63,298 bases of DNA, filler included, from an uncultured bacterium (GCA_964609495.1; 8 parts of 8 records of this genome joined end to end with filler, not necessarily neighbours in it), one strand, 5' to 3'; counted from the whole stretch's first letter, positions 8,851 through 19,693 are shown. The notes: generated by a model from the sequence alone, not told the origin. Numbers and translations are program-made.

Positions 8851-10140
8851 TTAACGACCGATCCCTCGATACTCGAAGCCCATCTCCCTCATCTCGGCTG
8901 GCTCGAAGATATTGCGACCATCTATTATCACTGGTCTTCTCAACAGCGACTTGATCCTATTAAGATCCAGATGTTTGAACTCCTCCCAATCGGTGATTAT
9001 AACGAGGGCATCGCTCCTATCAGCTACCTCATAAGGATCTCTGCAGTATAATACTTCGGGCATAATTTGTTTTACTTTCTCCATCGCTTGAGGGTCATAA
9101 GCTTTGATCCGCGCCCCTTCTTCTTGCAAATATCTTATGATATCTATAGCAGGAGAATTGCGTATATCATCGGTATTCGGTTTAAAGGATAGCCCTAAGA
9201 TTCCTATCAATTTATCGTTTAAGATCCACAAAGCCTCATTTATCTTGTCGATTAAGCTTTGCTTCTGTCCCTCGTTTATCTGTTGGACAACCCGCAATAA
9301 TTGGAAATCGTAGCCGTATTTCTCCGCGATATTTATGAAGGCCGCAACATCCTTAGGAAAGCAAGAACCCCCATATCCCACCCCTGCCTTCAGAAATTGA
9401 GATCTGATTCTCTTATCGTAGCCCATCCCCTCTGCTACCTTGACCACATCTGCACCTACCCGCTCACATATATTGGCAATAGCATTGATAAAGGATATCT
9501 TAGTAGCGAGGAAGGCATTCGAGGCATGTTTGATGATCTCGGCACTTCTAATATCCGTGATTATTATAGGGGCTTTTAAGGGGCGATATAGCTCCTTCAT
9601 TATCCCGGCGGCTCGGTCACTCGTCACCCCGATCACGATCCGATCGGGATGCATCGCATCTTGAATCGCCGCTCCCTCACGAAGGAACTCTGGATTCGAT
9701 ACCACATCAAATTCCACATTGTGGATATTATAGGCTCGAATAGTTTTAGCTACCCATTCTCCAGTCTCAACTGGAACGGTGCTCTTATCAACTATTACTT
9801 TATAGCTGTCCATAACCTCCGCGACTTCGCGAGAGACCTTTTCCACGTAGGATAGATCCGCGCCCCCATCCACACGAGGAGGGGTATTCACCGCGATGAA
9901 GATGATATCAGAGCGCTCTACTCCCTCGGCGATGCTCGTGGAGAAGGAGAGCCTGCCCTTATGAACATTACGCTTCACCATCTCCTCAAGTCCTGGCTCA
10001 TAGATCGGCATTTCCTCCCTCTTCAACATAGCTATCTTCTCTTCATTATTATCGATGCATATCACCTGATGCCCGATCTCAGCCAAGCATGTGCCAGTTG
10101 TCAAGCCCACATATCCTGTTCCTATTATACATACCTGCAA
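8851..10140 (-). CDS. ugd: UDP-glucose/GDP-mannose 6-dehydrogenase
   Basis: GTGYVG, NPEFLREG, GYGGSCFPKD, FKPNTDDIR. Confidence 0.95.
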   Translation of the reverse strand: MQVCIIGTGYVGLTTGTCLAEIGHQVICIDNNEEKIAMLKREEMPIYEPGLEEMVKRNVHKGRLSFSTSIAEGVERSDIIFIAVNTPPRVDGGADLSYVEKVSREVAEVMDSYKVIVDKSTVPVETGEWVAKTIRAYNIHNVEFDVVSNPEFLREGAAIQDAMHPDRIVIGVTSDRAAGIMKELYRPLKAPIIITDIRSAEIIKHASNAFLATKISFINAIANICERVGADVVKVAEGMGYDKRIRSQFLKAGVGYGGSCFPKDVAAFINIAEKYGYDFQLLRVVQQINEGQKQSLIDKINEALWILNDKLIGILGLSFKPNTDDIRNSPAIDIIRYLQEEGARIKAYDPQAMEKVKQIMPEVLYCRDPYEVADRSDALVIITDWEEFKHLDLNRIKSLLRRPVIIDGRNIFEPAEMREMGFEYRGIGR

Positions 10141-10155
10141 ATTATATCACCTCTA

Positions 10156-10959
10156 TCAGATGGCCAACTTCTCTAGAATCTGGAGGGAGAGCTCCTTTAG
10201 CTTTCCAGAGGAACTTTGAGATAACTCCGTAAGCTTCTGTTCAACCTCCCTCGTCCCTATCTGCCCTAAAGCCTCGGCAGCACAGCTTTGCACGTGAGCA
10301 TCATCATCTTGCAGTGCTTCGATGAGAGGGTCGATAGCTCTCTTGACCCTTAACTGTCCCAGGATAGTGGCCGCTTTACCCCTCTTGAACCAATTCATAT
10401 CTTTGAGCGCCAGGATGAGGGCGTCAATAAAATCATTCAGATTTATCTTACTCGATATCTTCTTGGATTTTTCAGGAGCTATCTTTTTTAAAGCCTCTAA
10501 AGCGCTGTAGCGCACGAAGATATCTGCATCATCCAAAGCCCTTCCCAAAGAATAGATAGCCTTCTCAGAGCCGATTCGCTCCAAAGCCGATATAACTCTA
10601 CTTTTGGTCTCGGTACCCTTTGCCTCACGAAGAGTCGAGGTTAGGGATTCAACAGCTCTTTCATCGCCCAATTGCCCTAGAGCATTTATAGCCCGAACTC
10701 GAACTATATGCTCTTTATCCTTCAGAAGAGCGATGAGCGGTTCCACCGCCCTTTTATCCTCCAACTGCCCCAGAGAGGAGGCGGCGTTACTTCTTACCAA
10801 GCTTATCTCATCCCTGAGGGCTTCGATAAGTGGTCCAACAGCATCCATATCTCCCATCTTCCCCAAAGCCTCCGCGGCGATCCATTGGGCTGGTCCCTTC
10901 CCATACTTCAGATCATAGAGCAGTCTCTCCAGCTCCTCTTTCTCTTTCATATTGCTCAA
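10156..10959 (-). CDS. HEAT (PBS lyase-like) repeat protein
   Basis: repeated VRxxAAxALGQLGDxRAVEPLIxAL units. Confidence 0.9.
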   Translation of the reverse strand: MSNMKEKEELERLLYDLKYGKGPAQWIAAEALGKMGDMDAVGPLIEALRDEISLVRSNAASSLGQLEDKRAVEPLIALLKDKEHIVRVRAINALGQLGDERAVESLTSTLREAKGTETKSRVISALERIGSEKAIYSLGRALDDADIFVRYSALEALKKIAPEKSKKISSKINLNDFIDALILALKDMNWFKRGKAATILGQLRVKRAIDPLIEALQDDDAHVQSCAAEALGQIGTREVEQKLTELSQSSSGKLKELSLQILEKLAI

Positions 10960-11005
10960 TGCTCCTTTTTCTTATTAACTATGAGAAGTGAACTTCTCTG
11001 ACTTA

Positions 11006-11034
11006 ATTATATCTGAAAAGTTAATCCTTGTCAA
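11006..11034 (-). promoter_or_regulatory. sigma70 promoter of the HEAT-ugd operon
   Basis: TTGACA-17 bp-TATAAT. Confidence 0.75.
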
Positions 11035-11379
11035 CAGGAGTTAACTACCCCTTGCAGATTCAGGGGGTTTGTAGCTCATCTAAGGCAGAAAATAGACTGG
11101 TTGACAACAGCTCGGGTAAGCTTCATATTTATATATTATTACATACAAAGGAATTTGTCAAGTATTTTTTAGTTTCTTAATGAGGGTGTGAGAAAGAGCA
11201 ATTCCTCCCCTACTCTGAGAGATAGGGAGCTCCTTGCCCAATCTTATGATACTTAGAAAAAAGGTAAATTGACTTGCATTTAGAGATAAATTTGATATAA
11301 TTATATTGAGCTACTTCAGTTAGCAAAGATTCATAAATTAAGCAATATCCCCAATCTCCCGAGGGGACTTTTAGGGGCT

Positions 11380-14300
11380 ATGTTGAGCAGAGCATTAAAG
11401 CTGGGTTCTGAATATGAAGATTTTAGAGAGATAATAAGGACGATCGAAGCTGGAGGGTCCGGCTGGAGTTTAAGCGGATTAGGAGAAGGAGCTAAGGCTT
11501 ACTTCCTAGCCGTTTTGTATCTCACTCTCAGGAGACCTCTTTTGATTATCACTTCTAATCAGGAGAAAGCGCTTCAATTATATGATGATCTCTTGAGCTT
11601 CTGGGGAGAGGGGGTATATCTCTTTCCTAGTTGGGAGATATTGCCCTATGAGCCTGCCTCTCCGAGCAATCAACTTGTGGGGGAACGTCTCCTAGTTCTG
11701 GATAAACTTCTCCAACGGGAGAGGGTCTGTGTAGTAGCGACGGTGAAAGCGATATCTCATAAGCTCATTCCGCCCAGGATCTTCGCGGCTAATGTTATGC
11801 GCTTAAGACAGGGGCAATTAATCCCTCAAGAGGAACTCCTCTCCAAACTGGTATGGCAGGGTTTTAAGAGTTCCCCTATGGTCGAGAATAGAGGAGAGTT
11901 CAGTCATCGCGGGGGGATCATCGATATCTTCCCTAGTTCGGCTTCCCATCCCTGGAGATTGGAATTCTTCGGTGATGAGATCGAATCGATCCGCCAATTC
12001 GAGGTGGCAACCCAAAGATCAATAGATAAAAGCGAAAAGATAACGATTCTGCCCGAGAGAGAAGTATTGATCGCAGGGGGGATCGTAAAGGAGGCAACTA
12101 AGCGAATTACGAGGGCGCTTGAGCAATTCCTGGAAAAGCAGGATAAGAGGAAAGTGGCTTCTCGACACCTAGAGGGGATATTACAATCTGGAGATAGAGA
12201 AGCTCAGGCTCTTCAACAGATCATCTCCGAACACCTTGTCGGTGCTAGCCAAAGATTGAGGGAGCGAGTCGAGGAGGAAGTAGAGAAATTGTCTGCAGGT
12301 GTCTATTTCAGCGGCATCGAGTCCTATCTTCCCCTCCTCTATCCTGAACTGGAGACCTTCTTCTCCTATCTTCCGAGGGATGTCCTTACCGTCCTCGATG
12401 AGCCTTTGCGGATCGAGGAGAGTAGTAAGATGTGGGAAGAAGACGTGGCTTCCTCCTATATTACCGCTTTAGAAAGAGCGGAGATACTGCCTCATTCTAC
12501 CTCTCCGTATCTCTCGAAAGAGGAGATAATGTCTCAACTGAAGAGCAGGCAACATCTCAATCTCTCTCTTCTCCCTCTTGGTGGCTCTAAGGAGAAGGAG
12601 ATAGCTATAAATACCGTCGAAAATTTCTCCGGAAAGTGGGAGGAATTAGTTGTTACTTTAGAGCATTGGCAGCAGGAAGGTTATAGGATCGTGATCTTGA
12701 TCAATACCAGGGGGCAATTGGAGAGAGTAGAGGAATTGTTAGAAGAATGGGAGCTCTTCCCGATTATCTCCTCCGAGCAGGAGGGCGCCCCAGAACAAGA
12801 TTTGCAGAACGGTAATGTCTATCTAGTGGAGGGTCGATTAAGCACTGGCTTTCGTCTTCCCGCCCTGAAACTAGCTGTTCTGACGGAAAATGAGATCTTT
12901 AGCCGCCGTAAAACTAGAAGGAAGCGTTGGACATTCACCGATAGTAGTCAGGCGATCAGCAGTTATACCGATCTGAAGGTCAGCGATTATGTAGTTCACA
13001 TCAATTATGGCATAGGACAGTATTTAGGGACCCAAACCTTGGATATCGAGGGATCGCTCAGGGATTATATGGCGATTCGCTATGCCGATAAGGATCGCCT
13101 CTATATCCCCCTCGATCAGGTCGATCTTATTCAGAAGTATATTGGGGTGGAGGGACATACTCCAAGGCTTTCTAATTTAAGCGGAGGAAATTGGCAACAG
13201 ATCAAGCAGAGAGCGAAACGGGCAGTAAGAAAGATGGCCAGAGAATTGCTGGAACTATATGCACTTCGAGGATCGCTTCCCGCCTATGCTTTCTCGACTG
13301 ATACTCCTTGGCAACATGAGTTGGAAAGTTCCTTCGAGTATGAGGAGACTCCAGATCAACTGCGGGCTACCTCCGAGATCAAGGAGGATATGGAGGCTTC
13401 ACGCCCTATGGATCGTCTGGTCTGTGGTGATGTGGGTTATGGCAAGACCGAGGTAGCAGTGAGATCGGCATTTAAAGCAATTCTTGATTCGAAACAAGTG
13501 GCGATCCTAGTGCCTACCACCATTCTGGCTCAACAGCATCTGAACACCTTCCAGGAAAGATTCTCGCCCTTCCCCATCAGGGTGGAAATGCTGAGCCGTT
13601 TTAAGACCCCTCGAGAGCAAAGAGATATCTTAAAGGATCTCAAGCAGGGAAAGATAGATGTGGTAATCGGCACTCATCGACTTATCCAGAAGGATGTAGA
13701 ATTCCATGACTTGGGATTGGTTATAATAGATGAGGAGCAACGTTTTGGTGTGGTTCATAAGGAGAGGTTAAAGGAGTTAAGAAAAACTGTTGATGTCCTT
13801 ACTATGACTGCGACTCCGATCCCTCGCACCCTTCATATGTCCCTGGCTGGAATCAGGGATATGAGCATAATCAATACCCCTCCTGAGGATAGATTGCCGA
13901 TAGCAACTTTCGTCGTTCCCTTCGATAGGGAGCTCATCACCGAGGCGATCTTAAGGGAGCTCTCGCGAGGGGGGCAGGTCTATTTCGTCCACAACCGAGT
14001 GCAGAGTATCGCCTCCATGGCGAGCTTCGTCCAGAGGCTTGTCCCTCAAGCTCGCGTGGCTATAGCCCATGGACAGATGAGAGAGAGGGAATTGGAACAT
14101 ATTATGACTCGTTTCATCGAGGAGGAATACGATATCTTGGTATGCACCACCATAATCGAGTCGGGGTTGGATATCACTAATGTTAATACCATTATAGTGG
14201 ATGGAGCCCATTATCTCGGTCTTGCTCAGTTATATCAACTGCGCGGTCGAGTGGGGAGAGCTAAGCGCCAAGCCTATGTCTATTTCCTCTATCCAAGAGG

Positions 14301-15000
14301 GCGAGCTCTCTCCGAGGTGGCCGAGAAGAGGTTGCAGGCTATAAGAGAGTTCACCGAATTGGGCTCCGGTTTCAAGCTCGCTATGCGAGATCTGGAGATC
14401 AGAGGGGCAGGTAATATTCTGGGAGCGGAACAGCATGGTCATTTGATCGCGGTGGGTTTCGAGATGTATTGTCGTCTCCTCGCTGAGGCGGTTAAAGAAC
14501 TAAAAGGTGAGGGAATCGAGATCGAATTTGAGAAGCTTCGTCCTAGCATCGATCTCAAGATTCAAGCTCGTATCCCCGATGACTATATATCCTCTCCTGA
14601 ATTGAAGATAGAGGCCTATCGAAAGATGGCTTATGCTGAGAAAGAGGAGGAGATAAAGGACCTCGAGTGGGAGTTGGAGGACCGTTATGGTGCTCCTCCA
14701 ACTACTGTGCGGAATCTTCTGAAAGTAATTCTTCTGAGGATATTGGCTAAAAATAAGGGCATTAGATCTTTAAGTAGCGGGCCGCGAGGTATAGCTATCG
14801 AATTAGAGGAGGAGACTCGTTGGAACAAGAAATCTTTAGAGCCACTTCTTCGCCAATATCAAGGGCGCCTTTCCCTCTCAGGACGCGGCACGCCTCGTCT
14901 CCTCCTCAATAACAAGGGTGCTAGCGAGGGCAAATTATTAAGTTGGCTAGAGAAGATATTAAGGACTGTTGAAACTGAGAGGACGATATGGAAGCCTTGA
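11380..15000 (+). CDS. mfd: transcription-repair coupling factor
   Basis: UvrB-like N terminus, CarD/RID domain, GDVGYGKT, DEEQRFG, QLRGRVGR, TRCF C-terminal domain. Confidence 0.97.
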   Translation: MLSRALKLGSEYEDFREIIRTIEAGGSGWSLSGLGEGAKAYFLAVLYLTLRRPLLIITSNQEKALQLYDDLLSFWGEGVYLFPSWEILPYEPASPSNQLVGERLLVLDKLLQRERVCVVATVKAISHKLIPPRIFAANVMRLRQGQLIPQEELLSKLVWQGFKSSPMVENRGEFSHRGGIIDIFPSSASHPWRLEFFGDEIESIRQFEVATQRSIDKSEKITILPEREVLIAGGIVKEATKRITRALEQFLEKQDKRKVASRHLEGILQSGDREAQALQQIISEHLVGASQRLRERVEEEVEKLSAGVYFSGIESYLPLLYPELETFFSYLPRDVLTVLDEPLRIEESSKMWEEDVASSYITALERAEILPHSTSPYLSKEEIMSQLKSRQHLNLSLLPLGGSKEKEIAINTVENFSGKWEELVVTLEHWQQEGYRIVILINTRGQLERVEELLEEWELFPIISSEQEGAPEQDLQNGNVYLVEGRLSTGFRLPALKLAVLTENEIFSRRKTRRKRWTFTDSSQAISSYTDLKVSDYVVHINYGIGQYLGTQTLDIEGSLRDYMAIRYADKDRLYIPLDQVDLIQKYIGVEGHTPRLSNLSGGNWQQIKQRAKRAVRKMARELLELYALRGSLPAYAFSTDTPWQHELESSFEYEETPDQLRATSEIKEDMEASRPMDRLVCGDVGYGKTEVAVRSAFKAILDSKQVAILVPTTILAQQHLNTFQERFSPFPIRVEMLSRFKTPREQRDILKDLKQGKIDVVIGTHRLIQKDVEFHDLGLVIIDEEQRFGVVHKERLKELRKTVDVLTMTATPIPRTLHMSLAGIRDMSIINTPPEDRLPIATFVVPFDRELITEAILRELSRGGQVYFVHNRVQSIASMASFVQRLVPQARVAIAHGQMRERELEHIMTRFIEEEYDILVCTTIIESGLDITNVNTIIVDGAHYLGLAQLYQLRGRVGRAKRQAYVYFLYPRGRALSEVAEKRLQAIREFTELGSGFKLAMRDLEIRGAGNILGAEQHGHLIAVGFEMYCRLLAEAVKELKGEGIEIEFEKLRPSIDLKIQARIPDDYISSPELKIEAYRKMAYAEKEEEIKDLEWELEDRYGAPPTTVRNLLKVILLRILAKNKGIRSLSSGPRGIAIELEEETRWNKKSLEPLLRQYQGRLSLSGRGTPRLLLNNKGASEGKLLSWLEKILRTVETERTIWKP

Positions 15001-15929
15001 AGAATATAATTATAGGTGCAATTAAAGTTATAACTATACTTTTCCTCCTATTTGTGTATCTCATCTTTCCAGAAGCATATGAAAGAGTATCTGATACTTC
15101 AGTCGTGTTGGTGAACGGAGAGGCTATCACCGAGAGCGAGATAGAGCAACAGTTCAGATTGTCCTTGTTTTATGGGAGGGAGAATAATAAATCTTTGGAT
15201 GAATTAAAAGCCGCTATTATAGAGGAACTTATCGATCGACACCTGATCCTCCAGAAGGCTAGGGAAGATAATATTAAGGTATCTAAAGATGATATAGAGC
15301 TAACTCTCGGTGAGATAATGCATATGTATGATTCTCCAGAGGAGTTCGAGAGAGCGATCGATAAGGCATCTTTATCGTTAGAGGAGCTAAGAAAGAGATT
15401 GGAGAATGATCTTCTTATAAAAATTACGGAGGAGAGGATATTAGACGAGATAGATGTTACTGAAGAAGAGGTGAAGAAGTATTATGAAGAACACAAAGAT
15501 ATCTTAAAACAGCCTGAGCTTATAAGGTTAAGCGCTGTAATCGTGGAGACTGAAGAAGAAGCTCAGCTTCTGCTCGATAAGATCAAAGAAGGGAGAGAAT
15601 TTGCAGAACTATCTAAGGATGAATCGTTAGGAGTAAATATAATATCGGACAAAGATATGGGCCACTTCGCTAGAGGACAGATGTCTCCAGAGATCGAGAG
15701 GATCGCTTTCTCCCTTAAAGAAGGAGGAGTCAGTCAACCCATTCCCGTTAAGGAGGGATACCAACTCCTCAGATTGGAGGAGAGACTACCAGGGAGCGGT
15801 TACAAATTTGAAGATATAAAGGGACAATTGCCACAGAGGGTATTGGAGGAGAAGCAGCAACAGGTGTTGTCTGATTGGCTGAAGCAGTTACGGGACAAGG
15901 CTGAGATAATAAGATGTAATGCTAAGTAG
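14988..15929 (+). CDS. SurA/PrsA-type parvulin peptidyl-prolyl isomerase
   Basis: N-terminal anchor, VNGEAIT SurA_N domain, rotamase domain; usual position after mfd. Confidence 0.88.
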   Translation: MEALKNIIIGAIKVITILFLLFVYLIFPEAYERVSDTSVVLVNGEAITESEIEQQFRLSLFYGRENNKSLDELKAAIIEELIDRHLILQKAREDNIKVSKDDIELTLGEIMHMYDSPEEFERAIDKASLSLEELRKRLENDLLIKITEERILDEIDVTEEEVKKYYEEHKDILKQPELIRLSAVIVETEEEAQLLLDKIKEGREFAELSKDESLGVNIISDKDMGHFARGQMSPEIERIAFSLKEGGVSQPIPVKEGYQLLRLEERLPGSGYKFEDIKGQLPQRVLEEKQQQVLSDWLKQLRDKAEIIRCNAK

Positions 15930-15959
15930 TTTCAAAGAAGTTTCAGGGGAAATTGTTTA

Positions 15960-16008
15960 AATCACCCTCCCCCTAACCCCCTCCCATCAAGGGAGGGGGA
16001 AATAAAAG
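15960..16008 (+). repeat. REP-like GC hairpin repeat
   Basis: ATCACCCTCCCCCTAACCCCCTCCCATCAAGGGAGGGGG; related copies near 16157, 19822, 22324, 29840, 33056, 33120, 40056, 55746, 60001, 60066. Confidence 0.8.
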
Positions 16009-16123
16009 GAATCGCAGTTCTCANNNNNNNNNNNNNNNNNNNNNNNNNNNNNNNNNNNNNNNNNNNNTTAATTAATTAANNNNNNNNNNNNNNNNNNNNN
16101 NNNNNNNNNNNNNNNNNNNNNNN

Positions 16124-16239
16124 ACTTAATTGAGAGGCTCTCTTGATCTTTTATTTCTCCCCCTCCCTTGACGGGAGGGGCTAGGGGAGGGTGATTTAAG
16201 GAAATTCAAATCTGCTAGCACGATATTCTACATGCTTAC
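16124..16239 (-). mobile_element. partial composite MITE (REP-like hairpin plus terminal repeat)
   Basis: matches 33088-33201 and the reverse complement of 59956-60050. Confidence 0.7.
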
Positions 16240-16336
16240 TTTCTTAACACTTTATATTGACTTTTAACCTGAGCTATGATACAATTAGGCAAGTTTGTTG
16301 TTCCCTTAGTATCTAATAGTTTAAAGGAGGATTTCC

Positions 16337-17242
16337 ATGAAATTAGGATTTCTAACTGGTTGTATGAGGAACATCGCTTTAGAGGATATAGTGGAGTGGG
16401 CGGCGGAGAATGGATTCGAGGCTTTAGAGGTCGCCTGTGTGTCCCTCCCTACTGCGGAGAAGGTTACAGGAGGGATAAATGCAAATAATATGGGTGATAA
16501 GGAGGTAGCCCGTATAAAGAAGTTATTTGCAGATAACGGTATTATGATATCCTCGCTAGCGAGCTATCAGAATAACCTCGATCCCGATAAGGAGAGAAGA
16601 GAAAGATATCACGAACATCTGAAGAGAGCGATCGACGCGGCTCAGAAGCTAGAGGTCGAATCGGTAGGGACTTTCGTGGGAAGGGACCCAAATAAGACCA
16701 TAGATGAGAATATCGAGCTATTTAAGAGCGTCTTCCCGGAGTTCGTGAACTACGCGGAGGAGAGAGGAATCAAGCTAGTGATCGAGAACTGTCCTATGGA
16801 GGGTTGGCAGAGGGAAGGATTAGCTGGCAACATAGCTTATTCACCTGATATTTGGGAGGATATGTTCGAGGCTATCCCCAATGATAACTTCGGTTTGAAC
16901 CTTGATCCCTCTCACCTTTACTGGCTAGAAGTGGATTATATCCAAGCGACAAAATATTTCGCGGATAGGATATTTCATACCCATGCTAAGGATACGGAGA
17001 TTATGTATGACCGACAAGCTTGGGTCAGTATCCTTAGCCGCTATGGCCGACGTTGGTGGAGATATAGAATTCCAGGTCTAGGAGAGATAGATTGGACAAG
17101 ATTCGTATCAACTCTCGTCGAATCCGGATATGACGGCGTCCTAAGTATTGAGCATGAGGATCCTGTCTGGGAGGGAGAGGAGGAGAAGGTCAAGAAGGGC
17201 TTGATCTTAGGGAGACGTCATTTAGCTCCTCTCCTGATGTAA
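16337..17242 (+). CDS. sugar phosphate isomerase/epimerase (AP endonuclease 2 TIM barrel)
   Basis: IENCP, NLDPSHL, HAKD, LSIEHED metal ligands. Confidence 0.9.
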   Translation: MKLGFLTGCMRNIALEDIVEWAAENGFEALEVACVSLPTAEKVTGGINANNMGDKEVARIKKLFADNGIMISSLASYQNNLDPDKERRERYHEHLKRAIDAAQKLEVESVGTFVGRDPNKTIDENIELFKSVFPEFVNYAEERGIKLVIENCPMEGWQREGLAGNIAYSPDIWEDMFEAIPNDNFGLNLDPSHLYWLEVDYIQATKYFADRIFHTHAKDTEIMYDRQAWVSILSRYGRRWWRYRIPGLGEIDWTRFVSTLVESGYDGVLSIEHEDPVWEGEEEKVKKGLILGRRHLAPLLM

Positions 17243-17292
17243 ATATTGCCTAAACCAACTCGGACAGATAGCGAAGGTTGAGAAAAGCAGAG

Positions 17293-17325
17293 CTATCCAC
17301 CAGGAGAGTAAGTCCTGGTGGATAG
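17293..17325. terminator. 13-bp perfect intergenic hairpin
   Basis: CTATCCACCAGGA-7 nt-TCCTGGTGGATAG. Confidence 0.55.
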
Positions 17326-17371
17326 TCACCAATTACTAACTGTTAAGCTTGGATTACCTAAGGAGGGATTG

Positions 17372-18421
17372 ATGATTGTGTCAACTATGAAAGCCGCAGT
17401 TCTACATAAGATCGAGGATATAAGGATCGAACAAGTTGAAAAGCCGACTATAAAGCCAGATGAAGTGCTAGTTAAGATAAAAGCGGTGGGAGTCTGTGGT
17501 TCTGATGTTCACTTCTATCGAGATGGGCATATCGGCTCCTTTGTTGTAGAGAAGCCCATTATATTAGGTCATGAATCCTCAGGGGAGATAGTTGAGGTAG
17601 GAGCTGAGGTCAAAGATCGTAAGATAGGGGAGCGAGTAACTATCGAGCCAGGTTTCCCCTGTCGTCGTTGTCAATATTGCAAGACTGGTCATTATAACCT
17701 CTGCCGAGATGTAACCTTCTTAGCAACTCCTCCCACCGATGGTGCTTATGCTGAATATCTGGCAGCGCCTGCCGACTTCGCTTTCCCGCTCCCTGATAAT
17801 ATGAACTTCGAGGAGGGAGCGATGATCGAGCCTCTAGCGGTTGGAGTTTATGCGGCGAGAAGGGCAAACGTTAAGATAGGGGATAAGGTGGCGGTCTTGG
17901 GGGTCGGTCCTATCGGCTTAGTCACCCTTCAAGCGGCAAAGGCTAGGGGTGCTACTCAGATAATCGCCACTGATCTAGCTGAGAATAGACTCGAATTAGC
18001 TAAGAAGTTAGGAGCGACTGAGGTTATCAACGCTAAGGAGAAGGACACTGTTGAGGAGATTATGAATCTGACCGAGGGGATAGGAGTAGATGTAGTTCTG
18101 GAGACTGCAGGGGCGGTGAAGACGATCCAGCAAACACCACATATCATAAGGCCAGGAGGGATGATCACCTTTGTTGGTATGGCAACTCCCTTGAAGATCG
18201 AGTATGAGATCATCACTGCCATTATTCAGGAGGCAAACATCACGACCGTCTTCCGCTATGCCAATGCTTACCCGATATCGATCGATTTGGTATCGAAAGG
18301 GCTAGTCGATGTGAAATCCCTTATCACCCACAGATTCACCTTAGATCAAACCCAGGAGGCTCTTGAATTCTCTGATAAGAATAAGGATATCTCCGTTAAG
18401 AGCGTGATTATCATTGACTAA
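17372..18421 (+). CDS. zinc-dependent polyol (sorbitol/L-iditol-like) dehydrogenase
   Basis: GVCGSDVH, GHESSG, CRRCQYC...C, GVGPIG; ATG at 17372 follows AGGAGG. Confidence 0.9.
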   Translation: MIVSTMKAAVLHKIEDIRIEQVEKPTIKPDEVLVKIKAVGVCGSDVHFYRDGHIGSFVVEKPIILGHESSGEIVEVGAEVKDRKIGERVTIEPGFPCRRCQYCKTGHYNLCRDVTFLATPPTDGAYAEYLAAPADFAFPLPDNMNFEEGAMIEPLAVGVYAARRANVKIGDKVAVLGVGPIGLVTLQAAKARGATQIIATDLAENRLELAKKLGATEVINAKEKDTVEEIMNLTEGIGVDVVLETAGAVKTIQQTPHIIRPGGMITFVGMATPLKIEYEIITAIIQEANITTVFRYANAYPISIDLVSKGLVDVKSLITHRFTLDQTQEALEFSDKNKDISVKSVIIID

Positions 18422-18498
18422 GGCAATGGAACACTATGAGGGTCAACCACTCCTACCACAAGGGTAGGGTTTTCACACCGGTTTTTTATAAAAAACGC

Positions 18499-18527
18499 AA
18501 AATCTCCCGCTTCGACGGGAGATTTTT
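18499..18527 (+). terminator. intrinsic terminator
   Basis: AAAATCTCCCG-loop-CGGGAGATTTTT. Confidence 0.7.
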
Positions 18528-18664
18528 CTAGAGGGTATGATTTTATCCGCCGGTAGATGAGGCAAGATAATATCTCCGAGATGAGTTGAAACTTTTTATA
18601 TCCTTTTTCTTATATATATGAAAGATCAGTTATGTAAATATCTTATATGAAAGGAGGCAAAATT

Positions 18665-18930
18665 ATGAATCGCGCTATTCGACTGATCAGTGTTATTTGT
18701 GCTGTGCTGTTAGCGATAACTGGGCTATCCACCATCGCTTTAGCAGCGGAAACGACACCCCAGCGCTTCTTCCTGGATTTCGTGGATGCCTACCTGGTGT
18801 ACGTGCCAGATAGTGGAACACTCCAGATCGCCGCTGAGTTAAATGTCCTATCCTACGGTAGTGATTGGGAAGTTGCGAAGCTCAAACCCTATCTGTATCA
18901 TATGCGGCTGAAGACTTGGAAGGGTTTCTA
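18665..18930 (+). CDS. exported hypothetical protein, 3' end lost in a 100-N scaffold gap
   Basis: RBS AAGGAGG, signal peptide ending ALA-AE. Confidence 0.7.
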
Positions 18931-19030
18931 NNNNNNNNNNNNNNNNNNNNNNNNNNNNNNNNNNNNNNNNNNNNNNNNNNNNNNNNNNNNNNNNNNNNNN
19001 NNNNNNNNNNNNNNNNNNNNNNNNNNNNNN

Positions 19031-19582
19031 TTCTTTTTACTGATGGTAGTTCTTGCTTTAGTGGTGTCGGGGGCCATCTGTGAACCGTCGTCTCCCGGGG
19101 CAATGAAATGCATCGATTTCGAGGATTTGGCATTAGGAACGGCTTGGAGTGTAGGGACCTCGCTCCATCCCTCGGGTTACATGGTTACAGGCAAGGAATT
19201 CCAACATTATGGCTGGTGGACTTGGGATGGTTATGCGGATGTCGATACTAGCGGGTTGGCTGGTGGCTCGGGTCAGGATGTGCGGGTTAATAATATCAAC
19301 CTCGACTTCAATTTCGGCGGCGATGTAAAAGACCTCAGCTTCCGCTTCGGCGAGTACGGTGGTAACCTCAATATCAGAATCAACGGCTATTTTAAAAGCT
19401 TCGACAATTTCGCCGATATCAACGGGACCACCTTCGGTAGCGTTAACGTTTCCGTTACCAATGGTCTTGGCAGTGATAAAGGGGAGGTAAAGTTAACCGG
19501 TGGCATAATCACATCGTTCGCTGTTGGTGGGCAAGAACTGTGGATCGACGATGTTTGCCCATCAACGCTTATAATATACTAG
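19031..19582 (+). CDS. exported beta-rich protein, paralog 1 (start lies in the gap)
   Basis: clear paralog of 20011 and 20667 (NNINLDFNFG, FGEYGGNLN, GGQEL.IDD.C). Confidence 0.85.
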   Translation, partial: FFLLMVVLALVVSGAICEPSSPGAMKCIDFEDLALGTAWSVGTSLHPSGYMVTGKEFQHYGWWTWDGYADVDTSGLAGGSGQDVRVNNINLDFNFGGDVKDLSFRFGEYGGNLNIRINGYFKSFDNFADINGTTFGSVNVSVTNGLGSDKGEVKLTGGIITSFAVGGQELWIDDVCPSTLIIY

Positions 19583-19610
19583 CTCTAAAATTTAAGGAAG
19601 GTGATAAATA

Positions 19611-19693
19611 ATGATAATCAGGTAAGTAACCTTCCTTCGAAAATCGGCATCTATCGCGACTATTACTTAAATGATGTTTGCCCATCTTGGTAA
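19611..19693 (+). pseudogene. collapsed remnant of another paralog
   Basis: RBS + ATGATAATCAGG-stop, then a DVCPS-like 3' end and downstream flank homologous to 21201-21295. Confidence 0.55.

Noticed and set aside
11028-11110. IscB omega-RNA (HEARO) or IS200/605 end resemblance (GTTAACTACCCC...GGTTGAC)
   Set aside because: Only a short resemblance, no iscB or tnpB follows, and the GTCAA motif at 11030 is explained as a -35 box.
18647-19582. 311-aa two-domain fusion in the ORF track
   Set aside because: It spans a 100-N gap and a second signal peptide follows the gap, so it is two genes.
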